46,352 nt of DNA from Methanobacteriota archaeon (GTDB lineage: Archaea; Thermoplasmatota; Poseidoniia; Poseidoniales; Poseidoniaceae), in NCBI GenBank assembly GCA_002710015.1, contig PAOW01000026.1, positions 1-46,352 of the forward strand, in the 5' to 3' direction. The position numbers and the translations under genes were made by a program. Below, one piece after another: positions 11,701 to 18,142 of the stretch (positions are counted from its first letter, which is position 1; each line of letters begins with the position of its first letter). The notes below the pieces were generated by a model. It searched no databases. It was not told the origin of the DNA and saw only the letters and a list, made by a program, of their open reading frames with translations.

Positions 11701-14700
11701 TTATCTAAAATAGCACACGAAGTGTCATATCCTGCTGTAACAGTTCTTACAGAGTCGGTGCCGAAACCAATGTCGACCTTCACTAGTGAGGAAGAATTTG
11801 TGCCAGTTGTGCTGGAATTTCCTAATACCATTTTGCTGCTTCCTCCATTGTAACCCATACACCAGATTTCGCCTAAGTGATTGGTTACACATGTGTGTCT
11901 TTCTCCAGCAGCGATTTCCTCAGGCAGTCCTCCCAGATTCAGATTCATTACTTCTGGCGAATCTACAACTCCACCGCTCTCGATTCTAAATCCAGTTCGA
12001 ATTTGGATGTCGTCAACTGCGACATAATCTCCCATAGCATCATTTGCGGATGATCCATCCTTGATGAACGACCATCGCAAAGTATGAATTCCCGAGCTGA
12101 CGTTTACGGTAGTTGTAGACCAGTTTGTCATCTGCCCTTTGGAAGAGTTTACCTCTACTCCATCAATTGAGAATGATAGCCTGTCATTACAGTTGCTCAG
12201 GGTTGGACATGTGTCGGTCTTGTAATCAAAGGATACGGTTCCATCAGTGAACATTCTGGTTATTGAGAATCCAATATCAGACGATGAGGAATGTCCGCTT
12301 GATTTGAATGAATTGCTACCAGATGAAGCGTCTGTGGTATCAATTGCCCACTGAGATCCAAATTGACCCACAGTACCTTCTAGAGTCCAATCAGAACTGA
12401 TCGTTGATGCTTCAAAGTCGTCATCATAACCGGCTGTTGTATCTTGAACATAATATTCTCCAGTTTGAGAATCTTCACCATCTCCCCAACAATAGATTTG
12501 GCTAGTTGTTGTCGTTACACAGTTGTGATTTGCACCGACTGCTAAGTCAGCTGCAATGTGATTATTAGGTAGAGTTAGAAGGGTTGGATTTTCAGAAGAA
12601 GAAGTCGAACCAATGCCTATTTGCCCTTTGTTGTTTCTCCCCCAACACAATATCTCGCCTGCAGCAGATAGAGCACAAGCGTGGTTCTCCCCAGCGTCTA
12701 TGTCTACAGCTTCAAAGCCAGTAGGCCAAGATATTCCACTGTTTGAACCACCCAATTTGTCGTAGTTGTTATCTCCCCAGCAGTAAATATCTCCGCCATC
12801 TTGAATTGCACATGCGAAATCCATTCCTTGAGTCAGAACACTTGAATCTCCGACAGAAGCTATGTTGTTGATAGTGTCCATGGAATCACAGCGACCATCC
12901 TCATCGAAATCACTCGGGATAGATGAAGAAGACATACGGTCTGTTCCACAAGACAACTCTTGCATTCCAGTCCAACCATCTCCATCAGCATCTACATACA
13001 AACCAGCACCTGCAATTGCAGGATTGTTTACTGCCCATAGTTCACCAGCGCTGACAAGGTGAAGAGAGGTGTAAATGTATCCAGCAGAGTTAATCATCAT
13101 GCCAAACGAATCAGCAGCACCAGGCCATGCTGATATCGCATCACCATCCCATTGACCATTATCTCGAGACATTAAGGTCGATCCGTTTGTGTTGTGAGTA
13201 AACAGAATCCAAGGTGTTCCATCAGCATCAACCTGAATTAAGGCTTGGCTAGTTGTGTTGTTCGAAACCAATTCAGTGCTCCATGAAGAAGAAGCATCAC
13301 AGTTAATTGAACACGATGAATAGTATACCGAAGAAGTTGCGTGGTTGATTGAACTGACATGCAGTGAGCCATCTGGGGCTGCATCAATGCTTACTCGCAT
13401 ATTGACTGCGGATGATGTTTGAGATGTATGAACAGAAATCTGTGCTATGTTATTGCTCTCATCGAAGTAGTATGTTCCCGACTGGTTTACATAAACTCCG
13501 TGAACATTATCTTGCATGTCCATGGTAGAATCCATATCTTTGAGCGATTGTTCAATTGGTGTAGAGCTTACCTCTGACCATGAACTGACTGTAATACAGT
13601 TACCTGAACATTGATAATTTCGCAGGTTGAGTTTGCCAGAATACAAATGAAGGACATCATTTGAATCGATCGTCAAAGAGAAATCTTCCAGGGCATACAG
13701 TCCAGTCAGAATTTGTTCACTCCAAATACCATTTACCTTTGTTGTGTATGTAATTCGATTAGCACCGTTATCCCTCATGTGAACAATGTGTGGGTTGCCC
13801 TCAGAATCTAATACAACATCAACGTCGACAAGGTTGGAATCACTGCCTAGAGTTTCAACTGACCACATTCCGTTGTCATACGCTGCAAATTTCAAGTTTC
13901 CATTTCCTGAATCAAAGTATGCGATGGCAGGGCATCCAGTGGTTGGGATTTCGCCCATTGAAATCAAATCACCAGTGTCGCTAGAATCGGAGTCGAGTCT
14001 CCTGTCAAGTTCATTCCTTTGCTCAGGAACTGCTAGCACATCGCATGAATTATCCTTGACTTCTTCATCAAGTTCTAGAGATAATTCGGTTGTAAAAGGT
14101 AAATCAGTCTGACCATCTCCACGGTCTTCAGTATCTCCATATCCGAGTTGACCGATTCCATTATCACCCCAACAAACAATATCATTGTAACCATTACTCA
14201 TTATCACACAAGTTGTCCCAGCGCCAACCTCTATGTCGTTTACATTGTATGCGAAGTGGTTACTCGAGGAGGTCAATCGAACATGAGGTAGGTTGTTGCC
14301 CATTCCGTTAGTAGATCCCGGACCGGTTCCGCGATTATCTTGACTTCCGTATCCAAGTCTTCCATCCGCACCGTTACCCCAACATTGAACCGTTTTGTAG
14401 TATGAGCTGTATCGGACGATAGCACAAACATGATCTTCTCCAGCATCGATTGATATCACCTCGTAGTTCAGATCAGCATAACTAATCGAAGACATAGAGC
14501 CTCCAGAACCGTCTCCCACATTTATTGTGGATTCAATACCCAATTGTCCGAAATCATTCAATCCCCAACAGAATGCTCTGTCAGTCCCGCTGTCGTCAAC
14601 GACAGCACAAGTGAACCCATCACCTGCTGTGATTGCGCTAGAAGTTCCAGGTAGGTCTAGGAAGTCCAAGTTGTCTCCCATCTCTCCTGCACTGTCTCCG

Positions 14701-15527
14701 ATGTCTGTTGTTGAATCCAATCCAAGTTGCCCGTTATCGTTGCCACCCCAGCAGGATACACTGTTGTTGTCCCAAACAACACAGGTGTGGTCCCAGCCCA
14801 GAGCCATGCTATCGATAGTGCGGCCGGTAGGCACGCTCGTGACTGCGAAGTTGCTTCCAATTTCGCTTGGTGCGTCTCCTCTATGAGCAGTGTCGCCAAG
14901 ACCAAGTTGTCCCTTGGAGTTGTCTCCCCAGCAGATTAGGTCATTGTTGTCCATGACTGCACATGTGTGACTCTTTCCAGCTTCAATCATTGTAGCATGT
15001 CGGCCAGTAGGGAATTGCAAGAACGGCAACGTGTCGCCAGTCTCCAAGTATCCATCACCAAAGCCGCCATCATTTGTTGAGTATCCCAGTCCCAATACTG
15101 ATGATTCTCCCCAGCACTTGACTGAGCCGTTGGTGAATAGTGCACAAGAATGCTTGTCGCCCATGACAATCTTGTCTACCGATGCATTGGTTCCTAGGTT
15201 AACAAACGGCAAGTCAGTACCAGTTTCATCACTACTGTCTCCGATGTTTTGTGTGTTACCAAGGCCCAGTTGACCATCACTTCCATCACCCCAGCACTTG
15301 ATGTTGCCTGATGCTCCGATTGCACAGGCCGAATCCAATCCAAGAGCGAGGGAGTCTGCATTACCAGTTTGCCCCGCACCCATCGCTACATTTTCGTTAA
15401 GTTCTTCTTCAATAGGTGGCGAGGAATCGCTTGATTTGAAGTTCTGATCAGCAAACGGAGTCATGGGCATTAGAACCATGATCAGCGTCAGCATAAAGGC
15501 CGATGTGCGTAGTGAAACTGGGCGCAT
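2730..15527 (-). CDS. Giant (4265 aa) single-pass surface protein: RCC1-like repeats, beta-propeller-like domains, Ca-binding TSP3-like repeats, putative Ig (He_PIG-like) domains, TM anchor, cytoplasmic Ala/Glu/Lys coiled coil and C-terminal helix-hairpin-helix
   Basis: N-terminal signal peptide; many G..H(T/S)CA...CWG.N..GQLG units; DxDGDGW..xExxC...DxDxDxxCD units; SPALPxGLS...G.I.GTP Ig units; TM WWICVCLPLLLLLLLVPLMYLA near 4195-4260; terminal DDLQRIKGVGPFIEDKLNALGIYTF. Confidence 0.9.
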   Translation of the reverse strand: MRPVSLRTSAFMLTLIMVLMPMTPFADQNFKSSDSSPPIEEELNENVAMGAGQTGNADSLALGLDSACAIGASGNIKCWGDGSDGQLGLGNTQNIGDSSDETGTDLPFVNLGTNASVDKIVMGDKHSCALFTNGSVKCWGESSVLGLGYSTNDGGFGDGYLETGDTLPFLQFPTGRHATMIEAGKSHTCAVMDNNDLICWGDNSKGQLGLGDTAHRGDAPSEIGSNFAVTSVPTGRTIDSMALGWDHTCVVWDNNSVSCWGGNDNGQLGLDSTTDIGDSAGEMGDNLDFLDLPGTSSAITAGDGFTCAVVDDSGTDRAFCWGLNDFGQLGIESTINVGDGSGGSMSSISYADLNYEVISIDAGEDHVCAIVRYSSYYKTVQCWGNGADGRLGYGSQDNRGTGPGSTNGMGNNLPHVRLTSSSNHFAYNVNDIEVGAGTTCVIMSNGYNDIVCWGDNGIGQLGYGDTEDRGDGQTDLPFTTELSLELDEEVKDNSCDVLAVPEQRNELDRRLDSDSSDTGDLISMGEIPTTGCPAIAYFDSGNGNLKFAAYDNGMWSVETLGSDSNLVDVDVVLDSEGNPHIVHMRDNGANRITYTTKVNGIWSEQILTGLYALEDFSLTIDSNDVLHLYSGKLNLRNYQCSGNCITVSSWSEVSSTPIEQSLKDMDSTMDMQDNVHGVYVNQSGTYYFDESNNIAQISVHTSQTSSAVNMRVSIDAAPDGSLHVSSINHATSSVYYSSCSINCDASSSWSTELVSNNTTSQALIQVDADGTPWILFTHNTNGSTLMSRDNGQWDGDAISAWPGAADSFGMMINSAGYIYTSLHLVSAGELWAVNNPAIAGAGLYVDADGDGWTGMQELSCGTDRMSSSSIPSDFDEDGRCDSMDTINNIASVGDSSVLTQGMDFACAIQDGGDIYCWGDNNYDKLGGSNSGISWPTGFEAVDIDAGENHACALSAAGEILCWGRNNKGQIGIGSTSSSENPTLLTLPNNHIAADLAVGANHNCVTTTTSQIYCWGDGEDSQTGEYYVQDTTAGYDDDFEASTISSDWTLEGTVGQFGSQWAIDTTDASSGSNSFKSSGHSSSSDIGFSITRMFTDGTVSFDYKTDTCPTLSNCNDRLSFSIDGVEVNSSKGQMTNWSTTTVNVSSGIHTLRWSFIKDGSSANDAMGDYVAVDDIQIRTGFRIESGGVVDSPEVMNLNLGGLPEEIAAGERHTCVTNHLGEIWCMGYNGGSSKMVLGNSSTTGTNSSSLVKVDIGFGTDSVRTVTAGYDTSCAILDNSTQAVCWGQRSDWMDTAGNTRSGELLLGSSSPSNSGTEVDLGSAGDRIYSISMGEYHACAVVENSVECWGVEESGSFGQGSSTTAAYSTPQTISVPSGLTAKQIVIEHSTDSTCGVFEDSAGASSVICWGDETAVGYSSSSSVTTLADSPVEDGDGDGISLSETAQTPYDIIDIQSGQGHTCALSRQGLIKCWGWNGVGQLSMPSTSTNLGDDADEMGVNLPYIDLGANVTASQISVGKYHNCAVVQSSVDSSINGKVMCWGQNQQRQSNISSSNNYELTPKIISQFSNDVIKIAAASDVTCALKLSGEIYCMGSNNDRAIGQSWAYNYGYDVATSLDYSTSGKYVDLYASSSNSGAICATSATGAIKCWGDGYLISQTSGSQYVFYDFNGILTSDFSFGADHACLVVSAVTELHDETTRSIGAGDIVCWGSGSYGQTGQGSSSSYGTNNDIQTATSINFNGTLMTDVEASQDHSCSISSSGDVYCWGYGINGRLGYGNTNSLGDNSNELPFQTAVDLEGSAKLIALTDTSTCAVMTDNEVYCWGSGGYGRTGHENTDDTGDQNNEMGVNLAPTDLHMRPTDFDLDGVIDPWDTDDDNDGTLDVDDDFRLDPCAVLDTDDDGMPDSIYAACTTSLIEDLDDDNDNWNDTDEEACVSNSKDSTSIPLDLDGDGTCDYTDTDDDGDGWSDADEQACERKEWNTRILTSSYTWGDYGLSPDYPTGIIFAPNSHGYEYEVTGLSNSQKHMRVFGFTDTNIESGSTTGSNMIGTISGANNYQAGFDYEAYGQGAYVVDDEKLRFLEFGSPHTTLYSNPTLVYTFDTNHEGQHHDLSVATDGTVYMTTHDEIVRISPGGITSEIAYPTGVSTSTLNAEYKQIAVDSNLDIHLLAYHESATRIYTWIYDTSSGTWNSGIDAGSGTVSDVGPGRSSFTVDSSNQPHMALMKGSGPNDANSFVTYQYYDNSGSNWINRFTDQTPSGNEGVSLELDSSDNVHIAWIDYTNKSAYHTKLSSSSNAQTTTQVISHSNGNGFNQYHSSLDITIAAGDDPWISWSPYSASYNQYNRLAYYGSAIDYSRDSTVYPSDYDGDGTCDMLETATLDYGTNDIIFEMEMDISYMPEYPAMMPTGVAISPSLPAGLTLDATTGEISGRVTSTDFSGSIYTITTTSGVEAWSKNLTIKSTMENPLYTGYQSLFTGSYSDQTSAKTAFASNGEIVTLERYSSTSSIQVDGIAAGGNHDSNDIVLSMREPAGNDYLWAKSIRGNGFYIEDVDVDDNGNIYALFQATATSSDPVEFNFDGVTIDNNGKETVILAKWDYYGNLQWAINTESSGTSSTDSASISREANDESSEMDLDKSTGDVVIIAKGKTANDDLRFGGMQVGPFGTCLTTLQPWVAKVNTNGQVQWTSVGKSNPTNCRATYEHQVVLHHDGSVTAAGHVSASTSQWDYDFGSSSATYSGGNYAGRASSWIAHADSSGNWLWAENVTTERSNIGQSYEHYFTMDKFSDDTLFFAYVNDREYCTDLEFAGSSSSSAPTSSNRYCLHIATMNHTSSDVISLETRIGWDANTESYKSDSIYSAVDSNDIAHVLIDTHSIYGHDLRTIAFDKDLNLAYDVISTYWSTSHYTTDFGLDNSDSIYFTGYHGSKFMHMTASLLSKCGSGNINCVGVDSWAPGQTSGQTGYQHQLYRFWGDFDHEINYNSPSEGTSTTFKMIGKYGGSIATYSLNNSLGVTNSAALPCGLSFNTGTGYISGTPQNGCTDTANETYTITVNHGSTSYAWDRSQSLEVTFGISPALPVVSYNPADTTQSYTRGVAITPIAPTGITNSANLHHFTTYPPLPAGLSVNSTGHITGTPTANQSTAIFKVKSCNSWNVCSAGVPFTITVNEPAPVISYAESEYEFFKDVPITPVVPTSTGGVPSSWDISPALPTGLSLRGDGAIVGIPFVDSPATNYTIWANNTGGSGTTVLEITINGTGIFINYPYNTAELAQYSPMMALYPSTSGAAIVSWSIEPTLPSGIFFGTNNGTIWGTPSTLSQSAVYTINATGVEDYGTATVTISVLTDTDLDGIPDVNDDDKDGDGWSNADETNCQTDEMDENDYPSDIDQDRVCDLLDNSDDRAIIVIYLKDSVELSLNSAMDPLVPITAGGDITSWAIYPALPLGLEFDGIMPGRSTSETGTISGTPTELSSATLYTIWANNSNSGQSGTFQLTLGVLEDTDGDGTPDVYDDDMDGDGWSNEMENLCGEDPQDASSTPIDTDGDSLCNYIDDDDDNDSYIDTEEIMCNSNTLDSESIPIDDDNDGVCDALQSDRDFDGWADGPEESCGSDPDDASSVPTDSDGDMICDSQDDDRDGDGVGNNVDDFPDDRSASRDTDGDGDPDSLSGSSTTGLKEDFDDDNDGVHDADEVECGTDPLDDSDFPTDSESCDALEVDTDGDGWSDADEDRCGSDARDADSIPDDIKDDGVTCVSAKSDSKKDSDSSSSTMWWICVCLPLLLLLLLVPLMYLARERGDSLLVMVGYKNGPEPENTTARPNFVSGSGTKNDPFVLKSVSVENFGDSAVSKETITISKLDPDSLVLITDLAAATNRGRFNMDSIIVEGNPDEKGSGSIVFQLEFDDNVTEEDVSGVYTGQIRVGSSSVYILWEVTVGDPAADELAAADMRAAQLRDEEKAELKAIEEAEAKERAEKEAAEKRAKEEAEAKAKAEKEAAEKKAKEEAEAKAKAEKEAAEAMAKAEEEAAEAKAKAEKEAAEAMAKAEEEAAEKLRLAEEKAAAAEAKAKAAEEKAAAEKKAKEEAEDAARVAAEKAAQERLEQMEKEMEERRKKLEQMDEAARKKEEELLRISEKAKSIDFTTLGVAARSVASKPVEKGATEVSIGDTSDFEETGTAWVQDDEGGMNISWTGKTATALTGVKGLKRGFAAAATVTASDDLQRIKGVGPFIEDKLNALGIYTFEQVGNMTAEIEEQVNIAIEFFPGRIKRDKWANQARKFAKQK
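3430..3620. repeat. Intragenic tandem repeats (66-bp and 57-bp periods) encoding the AEAKAKAEKEAAE coiled coil
   Basis: 59 bp identical at 3430-3488 and 3496-3554 (period 66). The 29-mer tctttctcggcctttgctttcgcttcagc occurs at 3535 and 3592 (period 57). Confidence 0.85.
4330..5060 (-). repeat. Membrane-proximal array of Asp-rich, Cys-containing thrombospondin type 3-like calcium-binding repeats (protein-level)
   Basis: Repeated units such as DGDGWSNEMENLCGEDPQDASSTPIDTDGDSLCN and DGWADGPEESCGSDPDDASSVPTDSDGDMICD. Confidence 0.8.
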
Positions 15528-15558
15528 GTCTCACGCGTGGGCGAGTGCGCTCATTAGG

Positions 15559-15586
15559 TTTAAGCCCAATCATGATAGGTTTTTCC
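15559..15586 (-). promoter_or_regulatory. Candidate promoter (TTAAA box) with an adjacent upstream palindrome (possible HTH_10 operator) for the giant protein gene
   Basis: Minus strand reads GGAAAAACCTATCATGATTGGGCTTAAACC...ATG(15527). CCTATCATGATTGG is a 12/14 palindrome directly upstream of a TATA-like CTTAAA about 32-37 nt before the start. Confidence 0.4.
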
Positions 15587-15588
15587 TA

Positions 15589-16278
15589 TTATTTTCCAAT
15601 TGAATTGATTATCTTTGATTCGGCCGATTGCAGGTGCTCACTAACCGTTGCTTGCTTGATATTCAAAGCAGCCGCAATCTCTCGCTGAGTGCATCCTCTG
15701 GGAAGACTGTAATATCCCATTTCTATCGCTTTGTCAAGAACGATTCTTTGTTTGTGTGGCAGGTAATCATTGAACTCAGGATTGTGCATAGATTCAGCTC
15801 CAAGTTTAACAAAAAATCCATTCCCAACAAGGTCAGAAAATCGTTCACGAACTCTAGTCAATCCTGCCTTAGTTCCTCTGATAGTTAGTGTAAAACCATT
15901 CTGGCCAAGCATAGTTGGATTAACCCACCATGCTTCATTATCCTCACAGAACATCATAGCAATCGGGCCACTAAGATGCACTTTAGCCAATGCAGAGTTT
16001 TTAGTGATTGATTTTATTTCCAAAATTTCCATTGCTTCGTGCTTTTTATTCAGAACCTTTCGGTCATTAAATTCCAGTTTGACGTAACACAATAGACCAT
16101 CAGGCCTTTTTTCGATGAGGGTTATGAATTCACTTAGCAAAAACGAGTTCGCTAGTTTAGAACCAGAAAGGGAAGAACCAGCTTGTAAACTCATTTCGAC
16201 TTGCATGTATCGTAGATCGAGATTGCTTTCAACTGCAAGTCTGTCACTCACGTGATCACTGCCTTCAGTCGTCGCCAC
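15589..16278 (-). CDS. Bat-like (HTH_10) transcriptional regulator, copy 2
   Basis: LPHKQRIVLDKAIEMGYYSLPRGCTQREIAAALNIKQATVSEHLQSAESKII. The N-terminal LDLRYMQVEM and GPI motifs parallel MELRQMIMTI and GPI of copy 1. The true start may be the GTG at 16251. Confidence 0.88.
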   Translation of the reverse strand: MATTEGSDHVSDRLAVESNLDLRYMQVEMSLQAGSSLSGSKLANSFLLSEFITLIEKRPDGLLCYVKLEFNDRKVLNKKHEAMEILEIKSITKNSALAKVHLSGPIAMMFCEDNEAWWVNPTMLGQNGFTLTIRGTKAGLTRVRERFSDLVGNGFFVKLGAESMHNPEFNDYLPHKQRIVLDKAIEMGYYSLPRGCTQREIAAALNIKQATVSEHLQSAESKIINSIGK

Positions 16279-17569
16279 CGGCTTCGAACATACTCAACAA
16301 ACTGTTGAGTTCTCTCAGGTCTTCCTCAAGTAGATTACGTGTCTTCTTGTCTAAGTCTGGGTCTGCAAGTTTTTCATTTATGATTTCGATTTCTTCCTTA
16401 GCCGCAGCCCGTTCTTTGTTGAGTTGCTTGTCTTCCTTGACCATTTGCATTCGGGCCTTTCTAATGCTTACATTCTTCCTAGTTTTGTTGAATGCCGCAC
16501 TAGCCTTACCTGAAATTTCAACAGAGGTTGGGAATGGAATTTCGATACCTTCGGATTTGAACCTTTCATCTATGTTTTTCAATAACCAATCACGCGCTAC
16601 ATACTCGTCAGAGTAATCTTCGACCCAGCCATACATCCTGAAGATTTTAGCAAAGTCTCCTAACTCGATTAACAAGACTCTTGGTTCTGGCTTCTTTATG
16701 ACATATGGACAATCCCTCATTAGTTGAAGAGTAGTATACTTCACATGTGAAATATCCTCATCATAAGACACACCAATGTCCTGGACTAGAGAGATTCTCC
16801 TTCCAACTCCGTCTCCTCCACCACGTGCGTGGTTTATGACGGTGGAATTAACTAAGCTGTTGTTAGGAATCACGACTAAGTTTTCTTCATGTGTTAGTAT
16901 CTTTGTGGAAAGTATTCCCACCGAGACTACTGATCCCATTTTACCCTCAACTTCTATCCTATCTCCAACCTCGAATGGTTGGTCTAGTGCTAGCATGAAT
17001 GAATTCACAATGTTTCCTAAAGTCTGTTGCATTGCTAAACCTATGATAAGGGAAAATACCGCTAAGGATGCTAGAACACCGAATAACTCGATTCCAAGCT
17101 CGGACAATGCGAGGTATAGGCCACCAAACCAAACCGCTGCACGGAATATGAAAATTATGAGCGAGTTACTACCCGAGACGGTGACACTTGAGGGGTCTGA
17201 GAATTTGTCCATAATTACTGGAACCATTATCATTAACGATACGCTCAAAATTGAAGACGAGATGATTATGTATGTAGCATCGAAGAAAGGTGTCATCGAT
17301 TTTGCAAAACTGTCATCTGATCCTAGGACCCAATTCATTGTGAATTGAATACCTAGTAGGAATGTGAATATGTATGTCCTTTTTGAGACGGGAGTATACA
17401 ATTTATCGTCCCAACTAGCTTCTGTTTTACGAACGAAGTCGAGAACGACTTTTTTCATGAATAGCCTAACGATTCCCAGTACAATTAGAGTGGAGACAAT
17501 ACCTACAATCCATTGTGCCCAAGCATCCAAATCATTCAGCCAGTCGATGGCGTTCCCAACCTGAGACAT
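16265..17569 (-). CDS. mscS: Small-conductance mechanosensitive channel (MscS family) with C-terminal coiled-coil extension, copy 2
   Basis: DQPFEVGDRIEVEG..GSVVSVGILSTKI..VVIPN; NHARGGGDG; VSYDEDI; EGIEIPFP. Clear paralog of 1432..2733. Confidence 0.92.
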   Translation of the reverse strand: MSQVGNAIDWLNDLDAWAQWIVGIVSTLIVLGIVRLFMKKVVLDFVRKTEASWDDKLYTPVSKRTYIFTFLLGIQFTMNWVLGSDDSFAKSMTPFFDATYIIISSSILSVSLMIMVPVIMDKFSDPSSVTVSGSNSLIIFIFRAAVWFGGLYLALSELGIELFGVLASLAVFSLIIGLAMQQTLGNIVNSFMLALDQPFEVGDRIEVEGKMGSVVSVGILSTKILTHEENLVVIPNNSLVNSTVINHARGGGDGVGRRISLVQDIGVSYDEDISHVKYTTLQLMRDCPYVIKKPEPRVLLIELGDFAKIFRMYGWVEDYSDEYVARDWLLKNIDERFKSEGIEIPFPTSVEISGKASAAFNKTRKNVSIRKARMQMVKEDKQLNKERAAAKEEIEIINEKLADPDLDKKTRNLLEEDLRELNSLLSMFEAGGDD

Positions 17570-17714
17570 GGACGGGCGGGCACATAACTCTAATGAAAGG
17601 TTTCCCTATCAAAGTTAATCCGTACTAAGTGTTGAATTAATGAGTCGGGTTATGATAATACACGCATTTAGATTAGGAAAATAATCCTTGATAAATAGTT
17701 GAACTTTAGGTTAT

Positions 17715-18104
17715 ATCGCGGGCCGTAACTTTAGTGGCGGAGTAATTGCTGTCGCGATAGCCTTGCTTATGCTGGCAGCAATTCCCAACAATTATGTCAC
17801 CAACATGGAGATTTCTGCTGGTAACTCTCAAAAAGAATCCAGTATAATTTCTAACCCAACAGTTTCACCAAGCTCAACAACCATCCGTCTAGCAAATAAT
17901 TCTTTGATGAGCAATGTTACGTTTTCATATTCCACATCTTCAAGCGGACAAATTATTCCTTCAGATAATATCTCCCTAGTCCATGATATTAGGAGTGGAG
18001 GAGGTTCTAGTTTACCCGATGCCTTCGTTAGTCTAGGAAACGAGTTGCTGTTTGCCGCTAATGACGGGATAGTTGGCGAAGAATTGTGGAAATCGGACGA
18101 TTAG
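17715..18104 (+). pseudogene. Truncated ELWxxDGT-repeat surface protein remnant
   Basis: The frame reads (I)AGRNFSGGVIAVAIALLMLAAIP...NPTVSPS...LMSNVTF...LVHDIRSGGGSSLP...LGNELLFAANDGIVGEELWKSDD*. It stops inside the first ELWKSDG motif. The signal-like segment starts at ATC 17715 and has no ATG ahead of it. Confidence 0.7.
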
Positions 18105-18141
18105 TTCAAACAGTGTTGTTTGGAGTATTGAAGAACTTCAA
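18105..18141. terminator. Two adjacent inverted repeats between convergent stops (possible terminator or recombination scar)
   Basis: ttcaaaca-gtgt-tgtttgga (18105-18124) and ttgaag-aa-cttcaa (18128-18141). Confidence 0.3.
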
Positions 18142-18142
18142 G

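Noticed and set aside
2736-15273. Many plus-strand ORFs, including Ala/Ser/Phe-rich 3231..3831, Ser-rich 3913..4920 and His-rich 4475..4870
   Set aside because: They are antisense shadows of low-complexity regions in the 4265-aa gene and have no independent motifs.
778-17569. Recent segmental duplication or invertible element bounded by the mscS/HTH pairs
   Set aside because: The paralogs are strongly diverged at the DNA level, gene order and orientation differ, and I saw no long inverted repeats or recombinase.
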